The notes under the pieces: generated by a model
The model's database searches: none
The model's input: the letters and a program-made list of their open reading frames with translations, nothing else
What the model was told of the DNA's origin: nothing
Shown here: positions 1 to 12,270 of the stretch, one piece after another
How the letters are laid out: each line of letters starts with the position of its first letter
How positions within the stretch are numbered: position 1 is the stretch's first letter
Assembly (NCBI GenBank): GCA_002269645.1
Contig: NIVC01001649.1
Coordinates: forward strand, 1 to 64,000
Origin: Macrostomum lignano
Taxonomy: Eukaryota
Direction: 5' to 3'
Length of the DNA: 64,000 nt
Position numbers and translations under genes: made by a program

Positions 1-320
1 TGAGCTAGGCGCCAGCTGGGGAGTGAGCTAGGCGCCAGCTGGGGAGTGAGCTAGGCGCCAGCTGGGGAGTGAGCTAGGCGCCAGCTGGGGAGTGAGCTAG
101 GCCAGCGGGGAGTGAGCTAGGCGCCAGCTGGGGAGTGAGCTAGGCGCCAGCTGGGGAGTGAGCTAGGCGCCAGCTGGGAGTGAGCTTAGGCGCCAGCTGG
201 GAGTGAGCTAGGCGCCAGCTGGGAGTGAGCTAGGCGCCGCTGGGGAGTGAGCTAGGCGCCAGCTGGGGAGTGAGCTAGGCGCCAGCTGGGGAGTGAGCTA
301 GGCGCCAGCTGGGGAGTGAT
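1..320. repeat. 23-bp minisatellite TGAGCTAGGCGCCAGCTGGGGAG (about 14 copies, truncated by the window start)
   Basis: Direct tandem copies with several single-base indel variants. Confidence 0.97.
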
Positions 321-604
321 GGGCACCAGCTGGGTGGGGAGTGAGGGGCGCTAGCAGAGCTCAGACAGAGTTCAGTCAATTTGATGCAGGGATGCTGGCC
401 AAAAAAAAAGGCGCGGTTCCATTTCGGGATAAAAATCAAAATGCACATAGGCTGCTTGAAAGTAAAAAAGATTAACCAAAAAACCAAGGTGTCCCCTGTC
501 AGACTGCTGAGCCTGTCTCTAAACATTTCAATTTTTGACCTAGTTGAAATACGAACTGCTCCACAGACTTGAGTACAGTGACCTATCCACAGACTTGAAC
601 TCTG

Positions 605-2892
605 ATTCTTCAGGAGTGCCTCAGCTCCCTCCTCAGATTATTCAGGAGTGCCTCAGCTTCCGTCCCAGATGGTTCAGAAGTGGCCTCAGCTCCCGTCCCA
701 GATTGTTCAGGATGCCTCAGCTCTCTCTCCCAAGATTGTTCAGAAGTGCCTCAGCTCCCTTCCAAGATTGTTCAGAAGTGCCTCAGCTCCCTTCAAGATT
801 GTTCAGAAGTGCCTCAGCTCCCTTCCAAGATTGTTCAGAAGTGCCTCAGCTCCCTTCCAAGATTGTTCAGAAGTGCCTCAGCTCCCTTCCAAGATTGTTC
901 AGAAGTGCCTCAGCTCCCTTCCAAGATTGTTCAGAAGTGCCTCAGCTCCCTTCCAAGATTGTTCAGAAGTGCCTCAGCTCCCTTCCAAGATTGTTCAGAA
1001 GTGCCTCAGCTCCCTTCCAAGATTGTTCAGGAGTGCCTCAGGTCCCTCCCCAGAATGTTCAGGAGTGCCTCAGCTCCCTCCCCAGAATGTTCAGGAGTGC
1101 CTCAGGTCCCTCCCCAGATTGTTCAGGAGTGCCTCAGGTCCCTCCCCAGAATGTTCAGGAGTGCCTCAGGTCCCTCCTCAGATTATTCAGGAGTGCCTCA
1201 GCTTCCCTCCCAGATGGTTCAGAAGTGCCTCAGCTCCCTTCCAAGATTGTTCAGAAGTGCCTCAGCTCCCTTCCAAGATTGTTCAGAAGTGCCTCAGCTC
1301 CCTTCCAAGATTGTTCAGAAGTGCCTCAGCTCCCTTCCAAGATTGTTCAGAAGTGCCTCAGCTCCCTTCCAAGATTGTTCAGAAGTGCCTCAGCTCCCTT
1401 CCAAGATTGTTCAGAAGTGCCTCAGCTCCCTTCCAAGATTGTTCAGGAGTGCCTCAGGTCCCTCCCCAGAATGTTCAGAAGTGCCTCAGCTCCCTTCCAA
1501 GATTGTTCAGGAGTGCCTCAGCTCCCTTCCAAGATTGTTCAGAAGTGCCTCAGCTCCCTTCCAAGATTGTTCAGAAGTGCCTCAGCTCCCTTCCAAGATT
1601 GTTCAAGTGCCTCAGGTCCCTCCCAGAATGTTCAGGAGTGCCTCAGCTCCCTCCCAGATTGCTCAGGAGTGCCTCAGCTCCCTCCCCAGATTGTTCAGGA
1701 GTGCCTCAGGTCCCTCCCAGATTGTTCAGGAGTGCCTCAGCTCCCTCCCCAGAATGTTCAGAAGTGCCTCAGCTCCCTCCCAGAATGTTCAGGAGTGCCT
1801 CAGCTCCCTCCCCAGATTGCTCAGGAGTGCTCAGCTCCCTCCCCAGATTGTTCAGGAGTGCCTCAGGTCCCTCCCCAGATTGTTCAGGAGTGCCTCAGCT
1901 CCCTCCCCAGAATGTTCAGGAGTGCCTCAGCTCCCTCCCCAGAATGTTCAGGAGTGCCTCAGCTCCCTCCCCAGATTGCTCAGGAGTGCCTCAGGTCCCT
2001 CCCCAGATTGTTCAGGAGTGCCTCAGCTCCCTCCCCAGAATGTTCAGGAGTGCCTCAGCTCCCTCCCCAGAATGTTCAGGAGTGCCTCAGCTCCCTCCCC
2101 AGATTGCTCAGGAGTGCCTCAGCTCCCTCCCCAGATTGTTCAGGAGTGCCTCAGCTCCCTCCCCAGATTGTTCAGGAGTGCCTCAGCTCCCTCCCCAGAT
2201 TGTTCAGGAGTGCCTCAGCTCCCTCCCCAGAATGTTCAGGAGTGCCTCAGCTCCCTCCCCAGATTGCTCAGGAGTGCCTCAGCTCCCTCCCCAGATTGTT
2301 CAGGAGTGCCTCAGGTCCCTCCCCAGATTGTTCAGGAGTGCCTCAGCTCCCTCCCCAGAATGTTCAGGAGTGCCTCAGCTCCCTCCCCAGAATGTTCAGG
2401 AGTGCCTCAGCTCCCTCCCCAGATTGCTCAGGAGTGCCTCAGCTCCCTTCCAAGATTGTTCAGAAGTGCCTCAGCTCCCTTCCAAGATTGTTCAGGAGTG
2501 CCTCAGCTCCCTCCCCAGAATGTTCAGGAGTGCCTCAGCTCCCTCCCCAGAATGTTCAGGAGTGCCTCAGGTCCCTCCCCAGATTGTTCAGGAGTGCCTC
2601 AGGTCCCTCCCCAGAATGTTCAGGAGTGCCTCAGGTCCCTCCCCAGATTGTTCAGGAGTGCCTCAGGTCCCTCCCCAGAATGTTCAGGAGTGCCTCAGGT
2701 CCCTCCCCAGAATGTTCAGGAGTGCCTCAGGTCCCTCCCAGAATGTTCAGGAGTGCCTCAGGTCCCTCCCCAGAATGTTCAGGAGTGCCTCAGGTCCCTC
2801 CCCAGAATGTTCAGGAGTGCCTCAGCTCCCTCCCCAGAATGTTCAGGAGTGCCTCAGCTCCCTCCCCAGAATGTTCAGGAGTGCCTCAGGTC
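605..2892. repeat. 32-bp minisatellite CCTCAGCTCCCT(T/C)CC(A/C)AGA(T/A)TGTTCAG(A/G)AGTG (about 70 copies)
   Basis: Tandem copies; no stop in any + frame, which explains three overlapping 750-800 aa ORFs. Confidence 0.98.
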
Positions 2893-3339
2893 CCTGCTAC
2901 TTTATGCAGCAGCTGTTTTCATGCCTGCCTGCTTCTAAAAGCAAAAGACTTATTTAGCGCACTCACAGTTTAGTAGTGCCTGATTTTTAGTTCCACTGGC
3001 TTGTTTGTCGTCAAGGGGTTGCCAAGGGTGTCATGGTTACGCAACAACTGAGAAGTTGAACAGGCTCAACAGACGTTCGTCGCCGCGCTTGTCTTTTTGT
3101 AAACTGCCCGTCACCACTTCTTTGCAGCTGCTTGGCGGCAGAATTTCTGCTCCCGAGCCGCAGCCCGCGCTTCCCCGCGGAGATAAAAAGCAGCACCCGG
3201 TGCCGCCCTGACCTCGGGCTGATTGGCCGCCTGTGCACGGCCACTGGCTGGCGGGCAGCAGCGAGTGGCGACGCGATTTGGCAGAGCGACCGCGCGAACA
3301 TTGAGAGACTGACCGAGGGACTGACATTGAGGCAGATGG

Positions 3340-4247
3340 ACATTGAGACAGGCAGACATTGAGACAGGCAGACATTGAGACAGGCAGACATTGAGACAGG
3401 CAGACATTGAGACAGGCAGACATTGAGACAGGCAGACATCGAGACAGGCAGACATTGAGACAGGCAGACAGTGAGACAGGCAGACATTGAGACAGGCAGA
3501 CATTGAGACAGGCAGACATTGAGACAGGCAGACATTGAGACAGGCAGACATTGAGACAGGCAGACATTGAGACAGGCAGACATTGAGACAGGCAGACATT
3601 GAGACAGGCAGACATTGAGACAGGCAGACATTGAGACAGGCAGACATTGAGACAGGCAGACATTGAGACAGGCAGACATTGAGACAGGCAGACATTGAGA
3701 CAGGCAGACATTGAGACAGGCAGACATTGAGACAGGCAGACATTGAGACAGGCAGACATTGAGACAGGCAGACATTGAGACAGGCAGACATTGAGACAGG
3801 CAGACATTGAGACAGGCAGACATTGAGACAGGCAGACATTGAGACAGGCAGACATTGAGACAGGCAGACATTGAGACAGGCAGACATTGAGACAGGCAGA
3901 CATTGAGACAGGCAGACATTGAGACAGGCAGACATTGAGACAGGCAGACATTGAGACAGGCAGACATTGAGACAGGCAGACATTGAGACAGGCAGACATT
4001 GAGACAGGCAGACATTGAGACAGGCAGACATTGAGACAGGCAGACATTGAGACAGGCAGACATTGAGACAGGCAGACATTGAGACAGGCAGACATTGAGA
4101 CAGGCAGACATTGAGACAGGCAGACATTGAGACAGGCAGACATTGAGACAGGCAGACATTGAGACAGGCAGACATTGAGACAGGCAGACATTGAGACAGG
4201 CAGACATTGAGACAGGCAGACATTGAGACAGGCAGACATTGAGACAG
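3340..4247. repeat. 16-bp minisatellite GAGACAGGCAGACATT (about 56 near-perfect copies)
   Basis: Direct tandem copies, only two visible variants. Confidence 0.98.
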
Positions 4248-4789
4248 GGGAGTTCAGCCGGGAACAGCCAGACAAGTGGCGGCCGGAGTCGGTGGCCGGC
4301 CACTCCGCCCCAGCCCCACCGCACTGGGCAGTGAGGCGAGCTTCACACGCGCTGGTTTAGCGTGTCAGCCAGCGACAGAAAACACTGTCAGAGCATTCTC
4401 AATCCCCGCCAGCTGAAGTGCCTGCAATATAATATCCTAAAATAGTTGTCAGGGGGCCGCGAGCCCCGCCCGCACCCACCAACTCGAGAATCGAGTGGTT
4501 TCAGGGGCAGTGGGGTGATCCACGCTGCACGCCACAGAATCGTGGCAACGCCGTAACTGCCGCAATTCCGACAAATCCCAACTGTGCACTTGGCGAGGGG
4601 AAATGAAAGGGGAGAACTTTACGGAAGAGCACGAGAGAGTATGGCTTGTGACAGCTGCTGTGTTGTTGTGCGACTCCCGGGCCGGCTGTTGTCTCTTCCT
4701 CTCTGCAAGTCGCATGGGCTTCAAAATCCCCTGCCGCTGCCCCCTCTTCTCGCCTCACCACTGCGTTTCACACTTTCCCTCACTCTCAC

Positions 4790-6780
4790 TCTCCTCCCTC
4801 ACTCTCACTCTCCTCTCTCATTCACTCTCACTCTCTCTCTCTCATTCACTCTCACTGTCACACACACACACACACACACACTCTCATTCACTCTCACTTT
4901 CTCTCTCATTCACTCTCACTATCTCTCTTTCTCATTCACTCTCACTCTCTCTCTCATTCACTCTCACTCTCTCTCTCATTCACTCTCACTGTCACACACA
5001 AACACACTCTCTCATTCACTCTCACTCTCTCTCTCTCATTCACTCTCGCTCTCTCTCTTTCTCATTCACTCTCACTCTCTCTCTCATTCACTCTCTCTCT
5101 CTTTCTCATTCACTCTCACTCTCTCTCTCATTCACTCTTACACTCTCTCTCATTCACTCTCACACTCTCTCTCATTCACTCTCACACTCTCTCTCATTCA
5201 CCCTCACTCTCTTTCTCATTCACTCTCCCACACTCTCTCTCTCTCTCATTCACTCTCCCACACTCTCTCTCTCTCTCTCTCTCTCATTCACTCTCACTAT
5301 CACACACACTCTCTCATTCACTCTCACTCTCTCTCTCTCTCATTCACTCTCACTCTCTTTTTCTCATTAACTCTCACTCTCTCTCTCATTCACTCTTACA
5401 CTCTCTCTCATTCACTCTCACACTCTCTCTCATTCACTCTCACACTCTCTCTTATTCACCCTCACTCTCTTTCTCATTCACTCTCTCACTCTCTCTCATT
5501 CACTCTCACTCTCTCTCTCATTCACTCTCACTCTCTCTCTTTCTCATTCACTCTCACTCTTTCTCTTTCTCATTCACTCTCACACTCTCTCTCATTCACT
5601 CTCACACTCTCTCTCATTCACCCTCACTCTCTTTCTCATTCACTCTCCCAGACACACTCTCTCTCTCAATCACACACACTCTCTCATTCACTCTCACTCT
5701 CTTTTTTTCTCATTAACTCTCACTCTCTCTCTCTCATTCACTCTCACTCTCTCTCTCATTCACTCTCACTCTCTCTCTCATTCACTCTCACTCTCTCTCT
5801 CATTCACTCTCACTCTCTCTCTTTCTCATTCACTCTCACTCTTTCTCTTTCTCATTCACTCTCACACTCTCTCTCATTCACTCTCACACTCTCTCTCATT
5901 CACCCTCACTCTCTTTCTCATTCACTCTCCCAGACACACTCTCTCTCTCAATCACACACACTCTCTCATTCACTCTCACTCTCTTTTTTTCTCATTAACT
6001 CTCTCTCTCTCTCTCATTCACTCTCACTCTCTCTCTCATTCACTCTCACTCTCTCTCTCATTCACTCTCACTCTCTCTCTTTCTCATTCACTCTCACTCT
6101 TTCTCTTTCTCATTCACTCTCACACTCTCTCTCATTCACTCTCACACTCTCTCTCATTCACCCTCATTCTCTTTCTCATTCACTCTCCCACACACTCGCT
6201 CTCTCTCATTCACTCTCACTCTCTCTCTTTCTCATTCACTCTCTCTCTCATTCACTCTCACTCTCTCTCTCATTCACTCTCACTCTCTATCTTTCTCATT
6301 CACTCTCACTCTCTCTCTCTTTTTCATTCACTCTCACTCTCTCTCTCTCTCATTCACTCTCACTCTCTCTCTATCATTCACTCTCACTCTCTCTGTCTCT
6401 CTCTCATTCATTCTCACACTCTCCTATCTCATTCACTATCACACTCTTTCTCTCTTATTCACTCTCACACTTCCCTCATTCACTCTCACTCTCTCTCTAT
6501 CATTCACTCTCACTCTCACTCTCTCTCTCTCATTCACTCTCACTCTCTCTCTATCATTCACTCTCACTCTCTCTGTCTCTCTCTCATTCATTCTCACACT
6601 CTCCTCTCTCATTCACTCTCACACTCTCCCTCTCTCTCACTCATTCTCACTTTCCTTCTCTCATTTACTCTCAATTTTCTTCTCTCACTCATTCTCACAC
6701 TCTCCTATCTCATTCACTATCACACTCTTTCTCTCTTATTCACTCTCACACTTCCCTCATTCACTCTCTCACTCTCCCTC
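4790..6780. repeat. Degenerate CT/CA-rich repeat (CTCTCTCATTCACTCTCA) with internal block duplications
   Basis: About 2 kb of low-complexity pyrimidine-rich sequence. Confidence 0.96.
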
Positions 6781-7149
6781 TATCTCGCTCGCATATCTCT
6801 ACCCTGCCCAGCCCATAGAGATCTCGAACCCTTCTGCGGTGATATTTCAGTCAGAATCCCACCAGAAATGAAAAGCGAACCGATCGTGACCAACTGTTTC
6901 AAGCCTGAAACGGGAACCCAGAGGTTCTGCATAATTATGTATATTTAATAAAGGTATTTCAGTAGCAGTTAATCGCTCAACAAGGTTAGGGACGCGAATT
7001 GAATTGCGCACTGTCAGTTGCAGAGCTGTTTCCGAGATTAACTGCATACCTGAAAACACACGCGCAGAGAGAGAGAGGGAACAGGCAATTTAAAATTGTG
7101 AGCTGTAACAGCGCTATTAAGGGCTAAGATTATCGATATTAATAAATCG

Positions 7150-7287
7150 CTAAATAAATAAAATAATTATTAGCAGCAAAAACAATAGCGAAGCGATTTG
7201 AAACTTTAATTCAATAATTTTTAGCATAAAGGTTTTGATGAACAAAGGAGAGTTCAGTCTGAAGCCGGCGGAGTTCACCGGGGTTGC
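7150..7287 (-). CDS. Candidate terminal exon 6 of the Src kinase (45 aa with a hydrophobic C-terminus)
   Basis: Acceptor ttgttctctttcag|, phase 0 as required, translation ATPVNSAGFRLNSPLFIKTFMLKIIELKFQIASLLFLLLIIILFI*. ATTAAA on the minus strand at 6944-6949. Other acceptors exist in between (e.g. 8189). Confidence 0.3.
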   Translation of the reverse strand, partial: ATPVNSAGFRLNSPLFIKTFMLKIIELKFQIASLLFLLLIIILFI

Positions 7288-7554
7288 CTGAAAGAGAACA
7301 ACTGGCGCCGGCCTCTGGTCACGCAAGCAGTGTAGAATATAAAAATTCATTTTGTCGCTTATCACGCACGGTTGTTGCTCAGCAATTCTAGGGAAATGGA
7401 CTGAGGAAAGGAAAGAGTGAAAACCTGTTCAGGGACATGAAAAACTAAGAACTTCATGTGCTCATCGCTCAAAAGTTGTTTATGTACTTTGATTTTATCA
7501 AAGCAATCACGGTTCAAATTTAGGTTGCGGAAGAGAGCAACAGGGGAGGTTAAA

Positions 7555-8150
7555 AAGGGGGAGAGTAGAGAAGAGCGAAGGAGAGTAGAGAGGAGAGAGG
7601 GAGAGTAGAGAGGAGAGAGGGAGAGTAGAGAGGAGAGAGGAAAAGTAGAGAGGAGAGAGTGAGAGTAGAGAGGAGAGGGGGAGAGTAAAGAGGAGAGAGG
7701 AAAAGTAGAGAGGAGAGAGTGAGAGGAGAGAGGAGAGAGGGAGAGTAGAGAGGAGAGAGGGAGAGTAGAGGAGAGAGGAAAAGTAGAGAGGAGAGGGGGA
7801 GAGTAGAGAGGAGAGAGTGAGAGTAGAGAGGAGAGGGGGAGAGTAGAGAGGAGAGAGTGAGAGTAGAGGAGAGAGGAAAAGTAGAGAGGAGAGAGTGAGA
7901 GTAGAGAGGATAGAGGGAGAGGAGAGAGGATAGAGTGAGAGTAGAGAGGAGAGAGTGAGAGTAGAGAGGATAGAGGGAGAGTAGAGAGGAGAGAGGGAGA
8001 GTAGAGAGGAGAGAAGGAGAGGAGAGAGGAAGAGTAGAGAGGAGAGAGTGAGAGTAGAGAGGATAGAGGAAGAGGAGAGAGGAGAGAGTGAGAGTAGAGA
8101 GGATAGAGGAAGAGGAGAGAGGAGAGAGTGAGAGTAGAGGAGAGGGATGT
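7555..8150. repeat. Purine-rich minisatellite (GAGAGTAGAGAGGAGAGAG-like)
   Basis: Tandem degenerate units of about 18-20 bp. Confidence 0.95.
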
Positions 8151-8742
8151 ACAGTAAGAGAGATAGGAGACTGAAGCCCAGGGATAATTCTGCGGGCGGG
8201 ATGGAGGCTCAGAAATTGAGAGAGAGAGGCAGCAACAGCTGACCGGAGGTAGGGGCTGAGCTCACGGACAATGGGAGATGCAGAACGCAGATTATTCGAA
8301 AGCCGGTCGGTCGAGCAGCCTCCGGCTGAGGTAGTCGCGTGTTAGCGAATTCCCAGAGAACTCAATCGACATGAAAGCGCGCGATCGAAAGCAGAATTTT
8401 TATGGAAATTTAAAAAAAATGTTGAATGTCGCCGATTCGTCTACTTGTAGTAGGAGTGCGGAACATGTAGGGAGTTTTCTGCACGCGAACTAATAAATCT
8501 TACAGTTTCCGATAACAATTGAGACTATAGTTAAATGACAGTCGTTGGGCAGCACAGAGTACCAAAATAATTAATTATCCATGCCAAATTTGTTGCTAAG
8601 GTCGAGCTAATATAGAAAATGTCTCAGTTTATTTCTTGTCAAACATTTTGGCTTCCGATTGAGATTCTCAGTCCTGAGGTTCCTGGTGTCTGGTTGCTTC
8701 ACACGACCTGCAAAATGAGAAGAGTTTGCCCCTGAATATTCA

Positions 8743-9270
8743 CACCTGGTGATTCCATTCACAGAAATCCAACAATTACCTGGTGATCCCATTCACAGAA
8801 ATCCAACTATCACCTGGTAATCCCATTCACAGATATCTCAAAATCACCTGGTGATCCCATTCACAGAAATCCCACAATCACCTGGTGATCCCATTCACAG
8901 AAATCCAACTATCACCTGGTGATCCCATTCACAGAAATCTCAAAATCACCTGGTGATCCCATTCACAGAAATCTCAAAATCACCTGGTGATCCCATTCAC
9001 AGAAATCCAACTATCACCTGGTGATCCCATTCACAGAAATCCCACAATCACCTGGTGATCCCATTCACAGAAATCCAACTATCACCTGGTGATCCCATTC
9101 ACAGAAATCCCACAATTACCTGGTGATCCCATTCACAGAAATCCCACAATCACCTGGTGATCCCATTAACAGAAATCCCACAATGATCCCATTCACAGAA
9201 ATCCCACAATGATCCCATTCACAGAAATCCAACAATCACCTGGTGGTCCATTCACAGAAATCCCCTCTCA
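8743..9270. repeat. 34-bp minisatellite CACCTGGTGATCCCATTCACAGAAATCCAACTAT (about 15 copies) abutting the Src exon 5 donor
   Basis: Tandem copies ending at the exon boundary at 9271. Confidence 0.96.
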
Positions 9271-9271
9271 C

Positions 9272-9775
9272 CTGGTCCTGAGTCGCGAGCCGGTAGCTGG
9301 GCTCCGTGGCCGGGAAGAAGTCGTCAAAGAAGTTCCTGAGGTACTCGAAAGTCGGCCGCTGGTCGGGCTGCTCCTCCCAGCAGGCCAGCATGACTTCATA
9401 CAGGCCGTCCGGGCATTCCACCGGCTTCGGCATCCGGTAGCCGTTCTCGACTGCGCTGAGCGTCTCGGTGTTGGACATCCCGGCGTACGGCACCTGGCCG
9501 CGGGTGACCACTTCGAAGACTACGATGCCGAAGGACCAGATGTCCGACTTGATGGAGAACCGGCCCAGCAGCGCCGCCTCCGGGCTGGTCCACTTGATGG
9601 GGAACTTGGCGCCCTGCTTGGCGGTGTACTCCCCGCCGTCAGCGTCGCCGATAGCTCTGGACAGGCCAAAGTCCGCCACCTTCACCGTGTTGTTGTCGCC
9701 GACAAGGATGTTGCGGGCGGCCAAGTCGCGGTGGATGAACTTCTCGGCTTCCAGGTAGGCCATCCCGCTCGCCAC
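9272..9775 (-). CDS. Src42A: Src-family kinase exon 5: kinase C-lobe and regulatory tail tyrosine
   Basis: Acceptor ttcccccag|, then [66 protein letters not shown], then CAG|GTGAGA. If unspliced it reads on to a stop at 9236. Confidence 0.95.
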
Positions 9776-9857
9776 CTGGGGGAAGCGAGGGAGTCCGAGT
9801 CAGATTCTAGCCCACAGGTTCTAGTTGAAATCAGCAGCAACCGACTTACGGATTCTT

Positions 9858-10005
9858 GATAACGACCGCACCCACCACCCCACATTCCCCGATAACGACC
9901 GCACCCACCACCCCACATTCCCCGATAACGACCGCACCCACCACCCCACATTCCCCGATAACGGCCGCACCCACCACCCCACATTCCCCGATAGCGGCCG
10001 CACCC
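9858..10005. repeat. 33-bp minisatellite (about 4.5 copies) in the 240-nt Src intron 4
   Basis: GATAACGACCGCACCCACCACCCCACATTCCCC repeated. Confidence 0.95.
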
Positions 10006-10015
10006 TTGTCCTCAC

Positions 10016-10592
10016 CTGACCCAAAATGTCCACCAGCACGTCGAGCTCAAGCAGCGGCCTGGAGTCGCGCAGGTGTGCGAGCAGCGACCCGTGGCTCATC
10101 AACTCGGTGACAATGAACACCGGATCCTCGCCGGTGCACACGGCAAACAGCTGCACCAGTTTGGGATGCCGCAGCCGCTTCATGATTTTTGCCTCCTTAA
10201 GAAAATCCGCCCTAGACATGCTGCCGGTTTTCAGCATCTTGACAGCCACCTCTTTGCGGTCGTTGAACAGGGCGCGCCAGACTTCGCCGAACTGGCCGGA
10301 GCCCAGCTGCTCAAGCAGGCAGAGCTGCTCCCGGGAATCTCCCACTGGTCCCTGGTCTGGAAGGACAGGTCCGCCAGTATTGGCAGCGGCTTCGGGCACG
10401 GCCGGGTGAGGCAGCAGCAGAGACCGTCTGGGTGCTCAGTGTAGTTGTCAATCAGAGCCTGCATGGTGGGAAACTTCCTGCGGCTAGTGATGTAGAATCC
10501 GGCCCCGTTGTCCAGCAGCCGGATGCGGTAGTGCTTCACCGTGTCCCGGCCTGTGGCCTTGTCCAGGTCCAGAACGGATAGGGAGTAGGACT
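10016..10592 (-). CDS. Src42A: Src-family kinase exon 4: SH2 C-terminal part, linker and kinase N-lobe; contains a 1-nt frameshift at about 10333-10335
   Basis: Acceptor cacccgcag|. SYSLSVLD..KHYRIR..DGLCCCLTRPCPKP..DQWEIP is in one frame and REQLCLLEQLGSGQFGEVW..VAVK..HPKLVQLFAVCT..IVTELM..ILGQ in another. The exon is 577 nt, whereas 578 is needed for phase 1-0. Donor CAG|GTGAGG. Confidence 0.92.
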
Positions 10593-10671
10593 CTGCGGGT
10601 GACACGGTGGTGGCAGTGGTTTAGTAAAGTGGCTGAGGAATGGCTGCGACAGTCTGGGAGAGTTACTAAGA

Positions 10672-10895
10672 GAGTGACTGGGAGAGTGACTGGGAGAGTG
10701 ACTGGGAGAGTGACTGGGAGGGTGACTGGGAGAGTTGCTGGAGAGTTACTGGAAGAGTGTATGAGAGAGTGACTGGGAGAGTGACTGGGAGAGTGACTGG
10801 GAGAGTGACTGGGATAGTGACTGGGAGAGTGACTGGGAGAGTGACTGTGAGAGTTACTGGGAGAGTGACTGGGAGAGTGACTGGGAGAGTGACTG
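10672..10895. repeat. 12-bp minisatellite GAGAGTGACTGG
   Basis: About 18 tandem copies near the Src exon 4 acceptor. Confidence 0.95.
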
Positions 10896-11465
10896 GAAGT
10901 GTTTGGAAGGGGTCTGGGGGGTCTCTCTGAGTTGAGAGAGATACTACTTCTGCAGTGAACAGTAGTACGCAGTGCAAGTTTTAACTGAATAAGCTAAACA
11001 CCCCGGTTCAAGCAAGCATGAGTAGCGGAGCTGTGCCAAGAATTGAAGCAGAAGGCGTTGCCTGTCTGCTTTTGGGGCAACGTAGCCATGAAAATGTGGA
11101 GTGACCTGAACTTCCTCTGCTGACATTCAATCAGATCTCACAATGGACCGCCCTCCAGTCCAGGAGTGGCAGGCCGCCCCAGGCCCTTCCTGCGAGTGAA
11201 AAAAAATTCCAACTCCACAGCGATCGGTCACCGAAATTGTCGAGGATTTCTCAACTCAATCATTCCCAGCCGGCTGTCGGAGCTGAAATCCCATACTGCC
11301 CCCCCCCCCCCGGGGGATATGGGTCACAACAGTAACTTCGGGACAGAGCCGCTTCCTGCTTCCAAGTTGCCCATCAACTCGCCTGCCACTCAGCGGTCGA
11401 ACTTTTATTCTCTGCCGCTTGAGAAACTGGCATGTTGGGGACAACTGCTCACTGTCTGATGCACT

Positions 11466-12270
11466 AGGGTAAGGCCATTGCTGTCTCACAGACTGGCTGT
11501 GTTATGCAACAGAACAAATGGGCCATTGCTGTCTCACAGACTGGCTGTGTTATGCAACAGAACAAATGGGCCATTGCTGTCTCACAGACTGGCTGTGTTA
11601 TGCAACAGAACAAATGGGCCATTGCTGTCTCACAGACTGGCTGTGTTATGCAACAGAACAAATGGGCCATTGCTGTCTCACAGACTGGCTGTGTTATGCA
11701 ACAGAACAAATGGGCCATTGCTGTCTCACAGACTGGCTGTGTTATGCAACAGAACAAATGGGCCATTGCTGTCTAACAGCCTGGCTGTGTTATGCAACAG
11801 AACAAATGGGCCATTGCTGTCTCACAGACTGGCTGTGTTATGCAACAGAACAAATGGGCCATTGCTGTCTAACAGCCTGGCTGTGTTATGCAACAGAACA
11901 AATGGGCCATTGCTGTCTCACAGACTGGCTGTGTTATGCAACAGAACAATGGGGTCATTGCTGTCTAACAGCTGGCTGTGTTATGCAACAGAACAATGGG
12001 GTCATTGCTGTCTAACAGCTGGCTGTGTTATGCAACAGAACAATGGGGTCATTGCTGTCTCACAGACTGGCTGTGTTATGCAACAGAACAATGGGGTCAT
12101 TGCTGTCTAACAGCCTGGCTGTGTTATGCAACAGAACAATGGGGTCATTGCTGTCTAACAGCCTGGCTGTGTTATGCAACAGAACAATGGGGTCATTGCT
12201 GTCTAACAGCTGGCTGTGTTATGCAACAGAACAAATGGGGTCATTGCTGTCTAACAGCCTGGCTGTGTTG
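11466..12270. repeat. 48-bp minisatellite GGCCATTGCTGTCTCACAGACTGGCTGTGTTATGCAACAGAACAAATG (about 17 copies)
   Basis: Tandem copies with progressive variants. Confidence 0.97.

Noticed and set aside
544-6818. Long ORFs of 370-809 aa
   Set aside because: All are translations of 32-bp, 16-bp and CT-rich tandem repeats, open in several frames at once, with no domain content.
9209-10444. Plus-strand ORFs of 96-216 aa over the kinase exons
   Set aside because: They are antisense shadows of GC-rich coding sequence.
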